DNA of 64,000 nt from the IMG/VR virus record IMGVR_UViG_3300028920_000049; one strand, written 5' to 3'. The position numbers and the translations under genes were made by a program. Below are positions 19,710 to 28,445 of this stretch, piece by piece. The notes below the pieces were generated by a model. That model had not been told where the DNA came from and ran no database searches. It saw only the letters and a program-made list of their open reading frames with translations. Every line of letters starts with the position of its first letter. The stretch's first letter is position 1. Source of the stretch: a virus.

Positions 19710-20027
19710 TCAATGACTACTGGGTTCGGAATCCTCACGGAAGACTACCTGTACCTCACCATAGATTCTCTTGGTCTCCCACTCGACAGAGGCTGCGGGC
19801 ACTCTCTCAACTGGCTTACCATCTTTGTCGGTCTCGAAGTATCGACTAGATACCTTCTCAATCCCGCCTGACTCTACGAGCTCGGCCTTGGTTTCATCTA
19901 CTTTGGGCAGCATTACATCTACCCATCCTTCGTCTGTGTCCAGCTCAACCGCCATGGTCACACGTTTTCCGTTGCACACAACGTGCATAATGTCGGCAGC
20001 TTTGGGATCGGATGATTTTAGGTGCAT
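19710..20027 (-). CDS. hypothetical protein
   Basis: 105-aa ORF in the co-directional run. Confidence 0.55.
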   Translation of the reverse strand: MHLKSSDPKAADIMHVVCNGKRVTMAVELDTDEGWVDVMLPKVDETKAELVESGGIEKVSSRYFETDKDGKPVERVPAASVEWETKRIYGEVQVVFREDSEPSSH

Positions 20028-20236
20028 TCTATTATCTCCATTAATACTCGAGCTGTATGTCGAGTTGTTTCAACTATTTGCTTTACTATATGAACTGTTC
20101 CACAATGACAGTGAATGGTTCTTGGAAGCTGTTCACTCTCTACCATGTCATAGTAGTGGGCACAACCTTTTCCAGGACAGTCCCAATATAACCTATTTGC
20201 TACACGGTTCACAGTAACGAACTTCTTCTTGCCCAT
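20018..20236 (-). CDS. small zinc-binding protein
   Basis: CPGKGC...CHCG. Confidence 0.5.
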   Translation of the reverse strand: MGKKKFVTVNRVANRLYWDCPGKGCAHYYDMVESEQLPRTIHCHCGTVHIVKQIVETTRHTARVLMEIIECT

Positions 20237-20374
20237 TCGCCATCTCGCTCTTTCTACCAGATAGAGTTACCTCTTTCTCTTTTTGTACTTAGCGCTGCGC
20301 ACTTTGCGTTTCTTAGAGCCTCGTTTTCTGCGTCCCCTGTGCTTTGCTTTTGGTCCTACCTTCATAGGATCATT

Positions 20375-20875
20375 CTAGTATAGCTGCATTAATTTGTACA
20401 CAAGGTTCTTGTCGGGAAGTCGCCAGTAATGGCTAAAAACGCCCTGAAATACGCTTTCTAAGACATCTTTGGTCATTGACTTAATGCGTCGAGGGCTTTG
20501 AGGATAATTTGCTAAGACAAATCCACCTGGAGCTAGTAAATTTGCACAGTTAACAAGTACCTCGAGGACTTGATCCTGATTTTCCTGTACATTCAAGACG
20601 TTAGACAACATAATGATGTCAAACTCAGAGCCAATCAGACTTGGATTGATGTCAAAGTCATGCGGAATAACATCTAGGCCATACTTTAACAGCTTTTTTG
20701 TCTGCCTTTGTCTTGGCCCACAGCCGAAATCCAGGATCTTTAAGCCGGAGTAGCCCAGCTTAATGGCCCATCGAGATACTGCTGTTAATCTATTGCCTAC
20801 TGCCCCGCCAGCGCGAGCAGTTTTTTGTAGTCTTTTAATTACTTCTGGAGTGTACGCAGGTTTTCTGCGCTTCAT
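20375..20875 (-). CDS. class I SAM-dependent methyltransferase
   Basis: Motif I ILDFGCG; FDIIMLSNVLNV. Confidence 0.8.
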   Translation of the reverse strand: MKRRKPAYTPEVIKRLQKTARAGGAVGNRLTAVSRWAIKLGYSGLKILDFGCGPRQRQTKKLLKYGLDVIPHDFDINPSLIGSEFDIIMLSNVLNVQENQDQVLEVLVNCANLLAPGGFVLANYPQSPRRIKSMTKDVLESVFQGVFSHYWRLPDKNLVYKLMQLY

Positions 20876-20877
20876 GG

Positions 20878-21156
20878 TTAGTTCTTCTTGGTTTTACCCT
20901 GCTTAATAATATCTTCCTGAAGCTGGGCGTGTCGTTCCAGACCGGAGGTGTCCCATCCGTTATGTCTGGCTCGCTTACGTGGATTTTGATCCTTACTCCA
21001 CGTATGAACCTTTGTTGCCTCTGTCTGATTTCTCTTCCAGCGCGCAATTTTCATGCGTAATTTGCGCAAAACCTTTCGAGCTCTAGCCATACGGCTAATG
21101 CCACTACTGGTTCTCTGCTTGCGTGGTCTCTTGGCGTTTTTCGATTTGGTTGCCAT
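20878..21156 (-). CDS. hypothetical basic protein
   Basis: 92-aa K/R-rich ORF with an AGGAG RBS. Confidence 0.55.
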   Translation of the reverse strand: MATKSKNAKRPRKQRTSSGISRMARARKVLRKLRMKIARWKRNQTEATKVHTWSKDQNPRKRARHNGWDTSGLERHAQLQEDIIKQGKTKKN

Positions 21157-21451
21157 TTTCTCTCCTTCTCTTACGCTTTCTATATTCCTTCTTGGCGTCC
21201 TTTGCTAGGCCCTTTAGATGATCCACAAACTCGTCCATCTCCCTATCCACCTGGTCCATCTCGTCCTCGCCTAGGATGTAGATGAGGTAGTCCTTGGCTT
21301 GCAGAATCGGCACGCCAAGTTTGCCTCGTTTGACGAGGTGCATGTTTGCATCTCTGATCTTCTCAAGATTGGGGTCCATCACTATATCCTTTCTAGTCTT
21401 CCTCCACAATTTGTACGAACCGAAGTGTTCGTATCTCTTGTGCGGAGACAC
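21104..21451 (-). CDS. hypothetical protein
   Basis: ORF in the co-directional run; start may be the internal MDPNLEK. Confidence 0.5.
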   Translation of the reverse strand: MSPHKRYEHFGSYKLWRKTRKDIVMDPNLEKIRDANMHLVKRGKLGVPILQAKDYLIYILGEDEMDQVDREMDEFVDHLKGLAKDAKKEYRKRKRRRENGNQIEKRQETTQAENQ

Positions 21452-21743
21452 GTCTCAACCAACTCTCAGGTGCAGTACGCTGGTACGAGAGTTGGGTATT
21501 GGACATTTTAATGCCAGTTACATACTCGGTATCCTTAGACCTTCGGGCTACGAATGCTCGAGCAGCAGTGAAGAGGTTCACATCACGAGCAGCAAAGATA
21601 CACCAACAGATCTGATATCCATGCCCACGTTTATCTGGCTCAGTTTGCAGTACAAGCCCCTCCATACCGTCTTTCCTCTTGACGATATCTCCGGGCTGAA
21701 ACTGTCTTTTGGGCCGCTTGTCTGTTTCTCTTAGCTTAGCCAT
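21393..21743 (-). CDS. hypothetical protein (KOW/SH3-like N-terminus)
   Basis: FQPGDIVKRKDGMEGLV. Confidence 0.5.
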   Translation of the reverse strand: MAKLRETDKRPKRQFQPGDIVKRKDGMEGLVLQTEPDKRGHGYQICWCIFAARDVNLFTAARAFVARRSKDTEYVTGIKMSNTQLSYQRTAPESWLRRVSAQEIRTLRFVQIVEED

Positions 21744-22063
21744 GTTTTGGGCTGAAAGATACTTCCCAGCCTCAAGGTAAGCTCAGATCTCCGCTTGGTA
21801 ATAGCTCTACCAATCAGAGCCTTCTGCTGCTCACACACCAGTCCTGTGATGGACTTGTCGGAGACTGCGTTGATCTTAACTCTATAGGACCGGTTCTTCT
21901 CTCCGTCTGGAGTCTTGGTGATCTCGCCTCTGCAAACGAATAGGGTCTCTGGATCCTGTTTGGTAAAAGCATGGAAGAACACTTCTCTTCCCTGCTTGAA
22001 AGGGTCTTCTCTTTTGGGTTGCGCGGACTCTTTCATGTTCCGGTTTTTCCTTTTCTTTCCCAC
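21731..22063 (-). CDS. hypothetical protein
   Basis: 110-aa ORF with an AGGAG RBS and GTG start. Confidence 0.55.
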   Translation of the reverse strand: MGKKRKNRNMKESAQPKREDPFKQGREVFFHAFTKQDPETLFVCRGEITKTPDGEKNRSYRVKINAVSDKSITGLVCEQQKALIGRAITKRRSELTLRLGSIFQPKTWLS

Positions 22064-22072
22064 TGTATTCTC

Positions 22073-22663
22073 CTAGAGGAATGTGTCCCAGAAACTTCTC
22101 TTGGTGTCATTGAATGGGACACCTATATGTGACTTCCAGTGGGGTTCCTTTGGTACTTTGAGAAGCTTCCATCCCATATCCTCGAGTGATTTATCTTCCT
22201 TTTTCCCGTTACAAGTTATGCAGCAAGCTACTACGTTGGTCCAAGAACTCTTGCCACCCTTTGATCGAGGGACGATATGGTCCAATGTTAGGTCTTTCTT
22301 GCTACATTTCTTGCCACAGTACTGGCACGTATGTTTATCTCTAAGGTACACGCTGCGTCTTGAATACCGGACAGTCTTGATGTGGGGGCTGTTGAACTCG
22401 CAGTCCGGATCTATAACCACCTCAGGAACTAAGAGGGTAGTAGACGGAGAGCGTACGACTCCTGCATATCTTCTCGCTCCCTCACTCTCCAAATATGCTT
22501 CTGTAAAAATTTTCCAGTTTTCGAGATCATATGTCGAGTAGTCCAGGTCGACGCACTTCACCTTTCCGCTCACCAGAGCAGTGATTGCAGCCCTAGCGCT
22601 GGTGACTTGTATCGCCATGAAATACTTGTTGAGTACGAGGACGCTGGCATTGAGCAATCTCAT
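22073..22663 (-). CDS. HNH endonuclease (McrA/COG1403-like)
   Basis: VLVLNK N-terminus, RDKHTCQYCG, TLDHIVPRSKGG and NVVACCITCNGKK. Confidence 0.9.
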   Translation of the reverse strand: MRLLNASVLVLNKYFMAIQVTSARAAITALVSGKVKCVDLDYSTYDLENWKIFTEAYLESEGARRYAGVVRSPSTTLLVPEVVIDPDCEFNSPHIKTVRYSRRSVYLRDKHTCQYCGKKCSKKDLTLDHIVPRSKGGKSSWTNVVACCITCNGKKEDKSLEDMGWKLLKVPKEPHWKSHIGVPFNDTKRSFWDTFL

Positions 22664-23540
22664 ATTCTCGTCTCTTTCTCTGGTAATAATTTAGAAGTTT
22701 TATATAGGCATGTTCGTCGATGGACTTGATATAGGCAAGATATCCTTGTGTGTACTGATCTATTGGGAGGCCAGCCATAGCTAGCTGATGAAGCCGAGCC
22801 CTGGTATTCCTCTTCATTTCCCTACTTGCTGCGTTCATTCTGCCTACAGATACCCCAGTAACAGCCAGAACATCGACATTTCTAGTTAACCACTTGGTTT
22901 TCTTCTGGTTAGGTTTGTAACCGTGGTTCCGAACTTGGTCTGTTACTTCATCGATCAGACTCCACTTCCTTCTCTTCGCTGTGGTTGAGAAGATCATGTC
23001 GTCTAAGTATCTAGTATATCTGTAGTTCTCCTCGCTGGCTAGGGCAGCCAGTACTCTATCCAGTGGGGTGAGTGCAATATTGCAGAGAATTGGGCTAGTT
23101 GGAGCTCCTGTGGGGAGCATCCAAACCCCTCTCTTCTTGTCGTAACAGAAGCCTAGCTTCAGGCCGCTCTTCACAATCTCCCACCACCTACCCCGAGGGA
23201 ATGACTCGGCAGTCCACCTTAGCCTGATAGCCTGATAGCAGCCTTTGATGTCTACTTTGAGGAGGAAGCGAGCTCCTTCGTGAACCCTGGCATTATCGGC
23301 CACTCCTCGCCCTGGTCTAGCAACGCAGGCGGGATGGAGTGGATAGTCTGCTAAGAAGGGTAGGTAGGCTGTCTGGATGGCTTTAAGCTCGTCTTTGGGC
23401 TCTTCTATCTGTCTGAGTTTCTTACCTTGTCTGATTTTGTATCTTTTGTAGTGAAGGTTTGGGTCTTTGAAGATCTCGAGGATTCTTTCCTGTGAGATTC
23501 CAGTCTCCTCCGACAGGGTGTTGAGGAGCAACTTGTGCAT
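22593..23540 (-). CDS. retron-type reverse transcriptase (315 aa)
   Basis: RQIEEP, NARVH (retron region X NAxxH), KVDIKG, LPTGAPTSPILCN, YTRYLDDMIFS and AVTG (region Y VTG). Start MHKLL at 23540 follows AGGAG. Confidence 0.9.
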   Translation of the reverse strand: MHKLLLNTLSEETGISQERILEIFKDPNLHYKRYKIRQGKKLRQIEEPKDELKAIQTAYLPFLADYPLHPACVARPGRGVADNARVHEGARFLLKVDIKGCYQAIRLRWTAESFPRGRWWEIVKSGLKLGFCYDKKRGVWMLPTGAPTSPILCNIALTPLDRVLAALASEENYRYTRYLDDMIFSTTAKRRKWSLIDEVTDQVRNHGYKPNQKKTKWLTRNVDVLAVTGVSVGRMNAASREMKRNTRARLHQLAMAGLPIDQYTQGYLAYIKSIDEHAYIKLLNYYQRKRREYEIAQCQRPRTQQVFHGDTSHQR

Positions 23541-23542
23541 GT

Positions 23543-23947
23543 CTACTCCTTGACGACTTGAAGCTGATTCACCACTTCTACGACCGGAGCTTTCTTCTCT
23601 TTTACTTCCTTCTTGGGTCTGTTCTTGTTTCCCTTGCGGTCGCGTGGGTTGGTCCACTGTTTCTTTTCCTTCTTTCTGAAGGATGGCCTGGACTTCTTAC
23701 GCGGAGGCGTGACAGGAGCTTCCCGAGCCGCCTTAGGCTTCTCTCCTGTGAGTACGATAAAGCACTGTGGACAGACTCTGATTTCCTTAACGATCTCAGA
23801 GCCATGCGTAGTCAGGATGGTCCCCTTTTGCTTGCCTCTTTTAATCTTGTTTTCATAGGTCCTGGGGCGAGTCTCCAGGACGATACGGTTTTCAGGTTGT
23901 CTGGCTGGGGTCACAACCCCACAGTTTGCGTTTTCGCATCTGAACAT
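23543..23947 (-). CDS. zinc-ribbon protein with a basic tail
   Basis: CENANC...CPQC. Likely start MFRCE at 23947 after AAGGAG; stop lies 3 nt before the RT start. Confidence 0.65.
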   Translation of the reverse strand: MFRCENANCGVVTPARQPENRIVLETRPRTYENKIKRGKQKGTILTTHGSEIVKEIRVCPQCFIVLTGEKPKAAREAPVTPPRKKSRPSFRKKEKKQWTNPRDRKGNKNRPKKEVKEKKAPVVEVVNQLQVVKE

Positions 23948-24157
23948 TTTTCTGATCTCCTTTAGAATTTTGCAAGTTTCATCTTCCTTTATCACCAGTT
24001 CCCCTCGTGGGCCTGCTTGAGGGTCACCGGGTGGCCCATTGGAAGAATTTTCTCGCTCAATTCTATGTTTTTATTTAAGGCTACTAATGTATATATTAAA
24101 TATATTAATCTTTATATAAACTCTTCTTGATGTTGTCTGTCTATTAGTACCCTTTAA

Positions 24158-24185
24158 TTCGAGTTTGACGTTAGTCAAACTCGAA
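24158..24185. repeat. perfect 12-bp hairpin (terminator or ncRNA element)
   Basis: ttcgagtttgac-gtta-gtcaaactcgaa. Confidence 0.75.
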
Positions 24186-24240
24186 CATCCTAATCATATC
24201 GCTCTTCGTGTCTCGAGTACTTTATGATTAAGATCTTCTT

Positions 24241-24318
24241 GATCAAGGTTCGGAGATGAGCGAAACCAAGTTATAGGTTTTATTACTCTTCTAAATCGCG
24301 AAGATCCGAACCTTGATC
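24241..24318. repeat. perfect 14-bp inverted repeat enclosing two small hairpins
   Basis: gatcaaggttcgga (24241-24254) and tccgaaccttgatc (24305-24318). Confidence 0.8.
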
Positions 24319-24353
24319 CTTTCTCTTTAACCTGGCGATGCGCCTAGGTTTTG

Positions 24354-24440
24354 CGGTGAGAGTGGGATTTGAACCCACGTGTCCTTGCGGACAGCCGCTT
24401 TAGCAGGGCGGTGCAATCAGCCTGACTCTGCCATCTCACC
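24354..24440 (-). tRNA. tRNA-Ser(GCU)
   Basis: Cloverleaf with long variable arm; anticodon loop CUGCUAA. Confidence 0.93.
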
Positions 24441-24457
24441 TATATTGTGCGCCTGGT

Positions 24458-24533
24458 TGGTGGGAGCAGAAGGACTTGAACCTTCGGCCACAGCGTTATC
24501 AGCACTGTGCTCTACCGCCTGAGCTATGCTCCC
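24458..24533 (-). tRNA. tRNA-Ile(GAU)
   Basis: Loop CUGAUAA; CCA encoded. Confidence 0.95.
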
Positions 24534-24571
24534 ACATGTTCGATATCTGTGGCAATTTCATCTTGTTCTCC

Positions 24572-24647
24572 TGGAAGCCCCGGCCGGATTCTAACCGACA
24601 TTCCCTCAGTTGCAGTGAGGAGCCTTTGACATTTTAGCTACGGGGCT
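24572..24647 (-). tRNA. tRNA-Cys(GCA)
   Basis: Loop CUGCAAC, U73, CCA encoded. Confidence 0.88.
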
Positions 24648-25669
24648 GTGATCTCTTCTAGAATTACACTATAAGTAGCTAGTTCGTCAACTATGATCTG
24701 ATAAAAGTCCTTAGCTAGATGCTCCATGCCCATGAGTCCTGGCTTTATTCGGTCACCAGCGACTAGCTTGGTCACGACTGAGGTAGTCAGGGCAGTAGTT
24801 CTTTGCATGGCCGTCAAACCATCCTGGCCTTTCTCTACCATTCTGAACTGCCTGCCATCAATGTCGCAGAAGAGCACGAGTTGATCCTCTACTTCCCTAC
24901 ATTTATGCAATTCTCCAATGAACTTCTCTTTGTCCTTCAGAAGCGGGAGCACCTTTTCGACATGCCCAGGATGGCGCATGGTCTTCTCAAACAGGGTCTT
25001 CACATTCTTGAGCCTGAGAGCGCTTCTAAGGCCGTCAGTAAGAAAAGCCTCCATCATACCTACCCCAGGTATGTAGACCTCTTCTACGCCTGATAGAGCG
25101 TCTCTGTGGATGATTGTCCCTCTGTCGATCAGCGCGGCCTTTCTGACATACTCCTCATAGAGGTCCTCGAGAGACCATGTAGTAGCGTAACCATAGGGGG
25201 CGTTAGGATCCGCTGCCATTCCCCCTACATAAAGTCTGCCTGCTTCTATTCCACCATTAGCATGGTGTACATAACCAGCGACCAGGTTTGTCAGACCAGG
25301 TGCTACTCCTGTATCTATGATGATCGGGATCTTCTGAGCTAGTGCCCATTCGTTCCAATCTTCCCAATGCTTGTAGAGCTCCTGGTAGGATACGTCTACT
25401 AGGGGGACCTTGTGCTTGACTGCAGCCTCCCAGACTAGGAGAGCCATTCTAGAAGGCAACGCATTAACCACTACGTCTACCTGGTCTACCAGCCTGTGAA
25501 TTATTTCAGGCTTTAGATCACAAGCTAGTGTCTTGACTGTAGAATCTTTGAGTCTATCGTTGATATTCTTATCGGCTACTGTGACGGTGTGGTTGGTATC
25601 TATGGAGATATCTTCGGCGACTACAGATCCGATGTGCCCACCGCCTAGAACTAGAATACTTTTACCCAT
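24638..25669 (-). CDS. saccharopine dehydrogenase / lysine 6-dehydrogenase-like oxidoreductase
   Basis: Rossmann ILVLGGGHIG, DTGVAPGLTN, YVGG...P, EAFLTDGL and TAMQRTTA. Start MGKS at 25669 (the track extension is tRNA-Gly sequence). Confidence 0.85.
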   Translation of the reverse strand: MGKSILVLGGGHIGSVVAEDISIDTNHTVTVADKNINDRLKDSTVKTLACDLKPEIIHRLVDQVDVVVNALPSRMALLVWEAAVKHKVPLVDVSYQELYKHWEDWNEWALAQKIPIIIDTGVAPGLTNLVAGYVHHANGGIEAGRLYVGGMAADPNAPYGYATTWSLEDLYEEYVRKAALIDRGTIIHRDALSGVEEVYIPGVGMMEAFLTDGLRSALRLKNVKTLFEKTMRHPGHVEKVLPLLKDKEKFIGELHKCREVEDQLVLFCDIDGRQFRMVEKGQDGLTAMQRTTALTTSVVTKLVAGDRIKPGLMGMEHLAKDFYQIIVDELATYSVILEEITAP

Positions 25670-25678
25670 TGAATCTCC

Positions 25679-25754
25679 TGGTGCGGGTAGTGGGTCTCGA
25701 ACCCACGGCTCCGAACTTGGCAAGCTCGTGCTCTACCTGCTGAGCTATACCCGC
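25679..25754 (-). tRNA. tRNA-Gly(GCC)
   Basis: Loop UUGCCAA; CCA encoded. Confidence 0.95.
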
Positions 25755-26017
25755 GTCATTTTCTTCCATGGTCTCTCTGACCACCATCCTCGGATGCCAT
25801 CAGGGTGGCCCTTGTGGATGGCGATGATAGCCACGAAGAAGACTATTGGAACAAGCATTCCAACTGCTGTCAATGGGCCAGGGCCAAAAATTCCAGTGGC
25901 AATCCATGCTCCCAGAAGTGCCACTCCGACCATCCCACAAAGGAATAGTACTGTGAGGAACATGTCCCAGAAAGCTGGGTTTCCTTCGTAGAGCCAGCTC
26001 CAGATTTTACCCCACAT
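25745..26017 (-). CDS. small membrane protein
   Basis: Two hydrophobic segments; stop lies inside tRNA-Gly. Confidence 0.6.
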   Translation of the reverse strand: MWGKIWSWLYEGNPAFWDMFLTVLFLCGMVGVALLGAWIATGIFGPGPLTAVGMLVPIVFFVAIIAIHKGHPDGIRGWWSERPWKKMTRV

Positions 26018-26276
26018 CTTCTAGTCCTTTGATAGGTTTCTTTAGTTCTTTTAGGGTTATTCTTGAGTAATGAAATTCACCTAGCTCTGCCTTGAGCAAG
26101 TCAGCCGCTAGTATGAGCTCAACTGCGTCGTGTTCTGTGTCTAGTATGTCTATCATGGCCTGAGCGGCCGATGCTACTCTCGAGGCTCTGCAGTACCAGC
26201 AAAGAAACTTTTCACCCTGTTCCACAGGCTTGGGCGGTTTAACTCTTTTTGGTCTGTTGCATTTGACGCAGGGCAT
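26007..26276 (-). CDS. hypothetical zinc-binding protein
   Basis: CVKC...CWYC with an AGGAG RBS. Confidence 0.5.
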   Translation of the reverse strand: MPCVKCNRPKRVKPPKPVEQGEKFLCWYCRASRVASAAQAMIDILDTEHDAVELILAADLLKAELGEFHYSRITLKELKKPIKGLEDVG

Positions 26277-26500
26277 GGGGTGCTCCTTGGACTATACAGG
26301 AAGATATTGGCTGTCTTCTGTTGCAGGGTTTGTAGGGCTAGTTCATGTAGTTCAGGATCTAATCCTTCAAAGTCAAAGACTGCAGAGAGAGTTCCTACCA
26401 CATGTCCATCTTGAAAGAATTGTAAGAAGTTGGTGAAGATAGCCTTGGGTTCTGACTCAACAACTACGCCTGTGATTCCCTTACCAAATGTAATGCTCAC
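26174..26500 (-). CDS. hypothetical protein
   Basis: ATG overlaps the MazG stop; C-terminus overlaps the next ORF. Confidence 0.5.
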   Translation of the reverse strand: MSITFGKGITGVVVESEPKAIFTNFLQFFQDGHVVGTLSAVFDFEGLDPELHELALQTLQQKTANIFLYSPRSTPCPASNATDQKELNRPSLWNRVKSFFAGTAEPRE

Positions 26501-26829
26501 CTGTTGTCTCCGTCACCCTTGATGACATTTCTCTTGTTGCGTTCTAGAAGCTTATCGACGTTCATGTCAGCTACCATATTAAATGGGCAACCGAGCTCCC
26601 AAGCTACCATAGCTAGGTACCACAGAATGTCTCCGCACTCCTTGAGCAGGTCGTTCCTGACTTCAGGAGTCAGTGTCTTATCTCCGCGCATGAGCTTCTT
26701 TACCTTATTCTGAAGCTCTCCTGCTTCTCCACCGAGGGCTAGCGTACAATACACTAGGCCCATGGTATCTCCCTCACTGGGGTACTTTCTGAGAGTTGCG
26801 CAGATCTCTTGGTATTTGTCAAAGTCCAT
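26497..26829 (-). CDS. MazG-like nucleoside triphosphate pyrophosphohydrolase
   Basis: LALGGEAGELQNKVKK...KECGDILWYL...NVDKLLER. Confidence 0.88.
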   Translation of the reverse strand: MDFDKYQEICATLRKYPSEGDTMGLVYCTLALGGEAGELQNKVKKLMRGDKTLTPEVRNDLLKECGDILWYLAMVAWELGCPFNMVADMNVDKLLERNKRNVIKGDGDNR

Positions 26830-26831
26830 GT

Positions 26832-27056
26832 TTAGTCCTTTGTTAGGTCAACAAAGACCAGGTTATCGACGTCGCTTTCGATCTTTATGGGTTCAGATGC
26901 AGCATTTGTAAATACCTGATACTTACAGATGGGGCACTCTAGAACATCGCCCGCATAATACAAGTCCTTCTGTACCCTAGCTAATCTACCAATAGCCATG
27001 GACTTCATCTTTGTATTACACTTCACACAAAGTGTTCCGATCATATTGTTCTCCAC
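26832..27056 (-). CDS. small zinc-ribbon protein
   Basis: CVKC...CPIC. Confidence 0.5.
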   Translation of the reverse strand: MENNMIGTLCVKCNTKMKSMAIGRLARVQKDLYYAGDVLECPICKYQVFTNAASEPIKIESDVDNLVFVDLTKD

Positions 27057-27077
27057 TTTGTTATCTTTCTATCCTTG

Positions 27078-27150
27078 AGCCGATGAGAGGACTTGAACCC
27101 CCAACATCCTGATTACAAAACAGGTGCTCTACCAATTGAGCTACACCGGC
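27078..27150 (-). tRNA. tRNA-Thr(UGU)
   Basis: Loop UUUGUAA. Confidence 0.94.
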
Positions 27151-27398
27151 TTGACTAACAATCCGTAATTATCTCCATAGGCAGGAGGAGTAATATCAAT
27201 AAGCTTCCTGTACTGCTCTACTCCTGTAACTTCCCATGTATTACCATTAATCTGAATTCTATCGCCTACTTTGACTTCGGTAATTTCTGGGTGATCATGC
27301 TTGTTCACATTGAACACCTGTCCACGTCCAGATATTTGGAATTCATCATATTTGTCGAAGGAATATGTCTCATTCGGTATATTTCTGCGGTGCGTCAT
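27141..27398 (-). CDS. hypothetical protein
   Basis: 85 aa; ATGA-coupled to the upstream ORF; stop inside tRNA-Thr. Confidence 0.6.
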   Translation of the reverse strand: MTHRRNIPNETYSFDKYDEFQISGRGQVFNVNKHDHPEITEVKVGDRIQINGNTWEVTGVEQYRKLIDITPPAYGDNYGLLVKPV

Positions 27399-27628
27399 TC
27401 GTTCATTTCCTTGAGGTAGGCTTTGTAAGCATGGTATCTCCCCCCAGTATGTGCTAGACCAAAGTAGTTCCCACAGTCACATTTGTAGTAGATCTGGACC
27501 TGAGGTTCAGGGTCGTCTACGACTTTGATTTCATCTTCGATAGCTACATCGTGGCACACATCACAGCGTTCCATCTCGGTGAGCCAGTAGGGACGTTTAC
27601 ACATTATTCTACCGTCCCTTCGATCCAC
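27395..27628 (-). CDS. small zinc-binding protein
   Basis: CDVC...CDC. Confidence 0.5.
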   Translation of the reverse strand: MDRRDGRIMCKRPYWLTEMERCDVCHDVAIEDEIKVVDDPEPQVQIYYKCDCGNYFGLAHTGGRYHAYKAYLKEMNE

Positions 27629-27789
27629 ATGTCAGCTTCGCAGAACCTGTCGTACTCTTCCCAGCCACCTTTGTCAGTCAGGCCAGGGATCTCGTCGGCT
27701 ACCTTATTGATAGCTTCTTGCTCACTCTCAGCTTCAACAAGCTTCATGTGGGTAATGCTCTCGCATACGCATACTTTGTATGTCTTCAT
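27604..27789 (-). CDS. hypothetical protein
   Basis: 61 aa with an AGGAG RBS. Confidence 0.55.
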   Translation of the reverse strand: MKTYKVCVCESITHMKLVEAESEQEAINKVADEIPGLTDKGGWEEYDRFCEADMWIEGTVE

Positions 27790-27802
27790 CTTTATCTCCT
27801 GT

Positions 27803-27878
27803 TGGAGCCGGAGATGGGTATCGAACCCACTGCCTCTTCCTTACCAAGGAAACGCTCTACCGTCTGAGCTACTCCGGC
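27803..27878 (-). tRNA. tRNA-Thr(GGU)
   Basis: Loop UUGGUAA; CCA encoded. Confidence 0.95.
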
Positions 27879-27879
27879 T

Positions 27880-27956
27880 TGGTGGGTCTGGTGGGAATTG
27901 AACCCACAACTTCTCGCTTAAGAGGCGAATACTCTGCCTAATTGAGTTACAGACCC
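27880..27956 (-). tRNA. tRNA-Lys(CUU)
   Basis: Loop CUCUUAA; CCA encoded. Confidence 0.95.
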
Positions 27957-27957
27957 A

Positions 27958-28155
27958 TTAGCTCTTGCCACTTGCTCCCAGGATCAGGACGACCAGGAAG
28001 GCACCGAACCAGCTACCTGCTGTGACCGGAACTGAGAAGCCAGCGACCGCTGCTCCACCAATGAGGTTGATGCCTGCAATGAGAAGCAGGGGACCAACGA
28101 CTACTCCAAGGAACAGGATTATCAACACTAGCACAACTTTGTTGAAGCTGTCCAT
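27958..28155 (-). CDS. small membrane protein
   Basis: Two hydrophobic segments. Confidence 0.55.
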   Translation of the reverse strand: MDSFNKVVLVLIILFLGVVVGPLLLIAGINLIGGAAVAGFSVPVTAGSWFGAFLVVLILGASGKS

Positions 28156-28169
28156 CTTTGTCTTCTTTC

Positions 28170-28445
28170 TTATGCTTTGTAGTGGCCTCTACCACCACGT
28201 GAACCACGACGCCGTCTTGCGTCGATATTCTCTTGGTTTCTGATTGCTCTGACCTGTGCCATGGTGCTGTAGTAATTCTTCACCTTGCCATCAGCAGCAG
28301 TCTTATCGATGTCCATCCACTGTCCACCAGCGGTGTTCATCTGACCATTGATGACCTTGTGCGCATTCACACCTTTGCGCGGGGACCAGTGGTTTCTTCC
28401 TGGTCCTTTGTCAGGACGCTTCCTACCACCCTTGATTGTGGCCAT
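28170..28445 (-). CDS. hypothetical basic protein
   Basis: Likely start MATIKGG at 28445 (TAATG overlap). Confidence 0.55.
   Translation of the reverse strand: MATIKGGRKRPDKGPGRNHWSPRKGVNAHKVINGQMNTAGGQWMDIDKTAADGKVKNYYSTMAQVRAIRNQENIDARRRRGSRGGRGHYKA

Noticed and set aside
22593-23540. RT as a DGR or group II intron enzyme
   Set aside because: It has retron NAxxH and VTG motifs and is too short for a maturase. I saw no Avd gene or adenine-mismatched TR/VR pair by eye, though I could not search exhaustively.
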